From Candidatus Krumholzibacteriia bacterium (lineage in GTDB: Bacteria > Krumholzibacteriota > Krumholzibacteriia > WVZY01), in assembly GCA_036478295.1 (NCBI GenBank), contig JAZGDW010000062.1:1-29668 (forward strand): a stretch of DNA of 29,668 bases. Reading direction: 5' to 3'. How positions within the stretch are numbered: the stretch's first letter is position 1; every line of letters begins with the position of its first letter. The position numbers were made by a program, and so were the translations under genes. The notes beneath the pieces are model-generated. The model saw only the letters and a list, made by a program, of their open reading frames with translations, searched no databases and was not told the origin of the DNA. Of this stretch, positions 27,552 through 29,668 are shown one piece after another.

Positions 27552-28970
27552 TTATTCTTCCGCTGCTTCTTCGTCGCGGCTCTCGGCATCGATCTCGAAC
27601 TCATCGGCGGTGCTCGACCAGCCGACGTTCACCTTGACCTTGAACTTGCCGAGGTCGTCCTTGCTGCACTCCGCAATCTTCCAGCTCTTGATCTGCTTTT
27701 TCTCCTTCATGTCCTGCAGGTATTTCTCAACCTTCGCCCGGATAACCTTCGGCTCCTCCTGGCCACCGACGTAGCGCTCGAGCTCGGTAATCAGAAAGAA
27801 GTAGATCCGGTTGCGGGTCACCCGTGCCTGCGACTGGATCAGAGGCACGGCCTGGTTGCCGAAGGCCTGGATGTCCACCGCGTCCTCGGGAAACGTCGTC
27901 GAACCGCCGTAGATACGAACGCCGGCGTCGGTCGCATCCTGGCTGGCGTTCGTTGTATAAGCGAAGTTGAACTGGTTCGACACCGCATCCTGCCAGGCGC
28001 CGCGCCGATCGACGACGTTGACGGTCTTCATCTCCGTCGGCTTGATCTTCGGGTGAATGATGGGCACGAACCAGTGACCCTTTTTCTCCCGCTGGAAATA
28101 CTTGGTCATCTGCGCGCCGAACGCGTAATTCAGTCCGACGTTCAAAGATTTTTTCTCGTGGTACTCCTCATGCGGGGGACGGACGACGAGTTCGTTTGCC
28201 ACCATCGATGCGTGTGACAGTGCGGATTGCTCCTCTTCGCCCACGCTGTTGATGTTGAACTTCCAGTTACCCACGAGTTTACCCATCGAATCGAGATTGT
28301 CTTCGACCGGCAGGGCTCCGAGGATGTGAAAATGGTAGTTCTCCGCCATGCGCATGTAAGGAATCAGAGACATGGATTCGCCCTCGAGCTTGTCGAAGGG
28401 AAGAAACATGAAGCTTCTGTATTCACCACGGGCGATGTGGAAGTTCGTAGCCTTGACCTCGTGTTCGACCACCTTCTGAAAGGCCGGTTTGATCAAGAAG
28501 TTCGGACCGATCAGAAGCGAGGTCTGGTTCTTGCGCAACGCGGGCGCTTTGGCGTCCAGTGAATTCGCCTTCCACAGGATGATATTGTTCGCCAGTATCT
28601 CCCGCGGGCGCAGCTGCGTGAGCATCTGCCCGACGCCGAGACTGATCGCCGCTTTTAGCTGCTTCTTTGCCTCCCGCAGATTCGTCAGTTCCACCTTCTG
28701 CTGATTTGCCGAATCCAGAGAGTCGGCGATGAGGTTCAACACCTCGGCCATAATCAGTTTTTTCGAATGGGTGAAATTCGGGCTCGTCTTGAGGTCCGCA
28801 TTCGTGGCCCACTTCGCGTTGAGTATGCTCAACTCGTTGTTTTGCTTTGTCTTCGCGTTGAGGATCTCATCCGCACGAGCGGCTGCCTCCTGCTCCAGTG
28901 GCTGGGCGGTTTGCAGCTGTTCGATCGGCTTCCTCGCGGCTTCTGGCTGATTTTCGGGAGCCATCGGCAT
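27552..28970 (-). CDS. TssC-like contractile sheath large subunit
   Basis: HASMVANELVVR (cf. T6SS-iii CNWLVGR); sheath C-domain GVRIYGGSTT...RIYFFLITELERYVG...IRAKVEKYLQDM...KFKVKVNVGW. TAATG overlap with the upstream gene. Confidence 0.7.
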   Translation of the reverse strand: MPMAPENQPEAARKPIEQLQTAQPLEQEAAARADEILNAKTKQNNELSILNAKWATNADLKTSPNFTHSKKLIMAEVLNLIADSLDSANQQKVELTNLREAKKQLKAAISLGVGQMLTQLRPREILANNIILWKANSLDAKAPALRKNQTSLLIGPNFLIKPAFQKVVEHEVKATNFHIARGEYRSFMFLPFDKLEGESMSLIPYMRMAENYHFHILGALPVEDNLDSMGKLVGNWKFNINSVGEEEQSALSHASMVANELVVRPPHEEYHEKKSLNVGLNYAFGAQMTKYFQREKKGHWFVPIIHPKIKPTEMKTVNVVDRRGAWQDAVSNQFNFAYTTNASQDATDAGVRIYGGSTTFPEDAVDIQAFGNQAVPLIQSQARVTRNRIYFFLITELERYVGGQEEPKVIRAKVEKYLQDMKEKKQIKSWKIAECSKDDLGKFKVKVNVGWSSTADEFEIDAESRDEEAAEE

Positions 28971-29662
28971 TATTGACCTCCTTGAAACAACTCATTTACT
29001 TCGTCTTCGGTGAGCCCACCCTTTTGCTTCGCTTCTTCGCTCGTCACCGTGTATTTCATGTAGCGTTCCTTCGTCTCCGCAATGGACCTGGACAGGGTGG
29101 CCTGCGCCCCGTCTGTCTTTGCGTCGACCGCGTTGAGGGCCTCGTCCTGCAGGCTCGCCGCCAGCTCGCGTGCGCGTTGTGCGACGACCTTCTTGTCCTC
29201 ATCGCTCATAGAGCCCCCAAAATCGAGCGTCGAAGGGTCGTTGAGAAAATGGGTGACGGCGTTGAGTTTCGCTTGCAGCTGGGATAGCAAAGTGGATTTC
29301 CAGATCAGATCCTCCGGATCATCGATCCATTTGCTGTCGTCGACACCAAAGCGGTCGCTTTCCGCTTCGCCCAGCGGCTTGAAACCGTCGCCGGTCGGAT
29401 TGATGTAGACGTTGCCGGTGTAATCGGACAGCTTCTCCATGAGACTCTTCAGGCTCTCTTTGCCCTCTTCCTTGGCGAAATCGAGTGAACCGGTCACCGG
29501 ACAACGCTTGAACACGTCGTTCTCGTCCTTCACGCTGCCCAGGTAAACGACATCCGTCATCGCCGGGTCTACGCTGATCCCGAGATTCTGGTCCAGCGGG
29601 CCTTCCGTGGAAGCCTTTTCCACCGGATCACCTTTCTTTATATGAGCACCTTTTCCTGCCAT
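28970..29662 (-). CDS. TssB-like contractile sheath small subunit
   Basis: VVYLGS and IDDPEDLIWKSTLLSQLQAKLNAV (cf. TssB DDFxPxxxxxxxPxLxxL); coupled to the TssC-like gene. An in-frame TAA at 29666-29668 shows the gene is complete. Confidence 0.55.
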   Translation of the reverse strand: MAGKGAHIKKGDPVEKASTEGPLDQNLGISVDPAMTDVVYLGSVKDENDVFKRCPVTGSLDFAKEEGKESLKSLMEKLSDYTGNVYINPTGDGFKPLGEAESDRFGVDDSKWIDDPEDLIWKSTLLSQLQAKLNAVTHFLNDPSTLDFGGSMSDEDKKVVAQRARELAASLQDEALNAVDAKTDGAQATLSRSIAETKERYMKYTVTSEEAKQKGGLTEDEVNELFQGGQ

Positions 29663-29668
29663 GGTTTA

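Noticed and set aside
23098..29662. Prophage tail or eCIS interpretation
   Set aside because: Split sheath and TssF/G-like genes; no tape measure, capsid, integrase, LysM/Afp7 or Afp15-like gene in the window.

Overview
GC-rich bacterial window, probably from an FCB-group candidate phylum such as Krumholzibacteriota/Latescibacterota/Eisenbacteria. This is inferred from a FlgD-Ig 'NYPNPFNP' C-terminal domain and a C-terminal 'PVEETTWGAIK' motif. Left to right: (1) a tandem-USP gene missed by the ORF track, divergent from a secreted cupredoxin-like gene, with FNR/CRP-type boxes and a structured leader; (2) a molybdenum-cofactor operon (moaA-moaCB-tauE-moeA-moaD-moaE plus a Ser/Thr dehydratase) behind an atypical Moco/Tuco riboswitch; (3) a frameshifted methyltransferase; (4) two secreted proteins; (5) a GldA/GldFG/DUF4340 ABC system; (6) feoA-feoB plus a Cys-rich small protein; (7) fbp and a GT-C glycosyltransferase. 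The best candidate for a new system is at the right end (23098-29662, minus strand): a compact, highly divergent contractile-injection operon read as tssB-tssC-tssD-vgrG-tssF-tssG. It most resembles Bacteroidota T6SS-iii but has a shortened baseplate and different gene order. All family calls come from motif recognition by eye; no searches were run.
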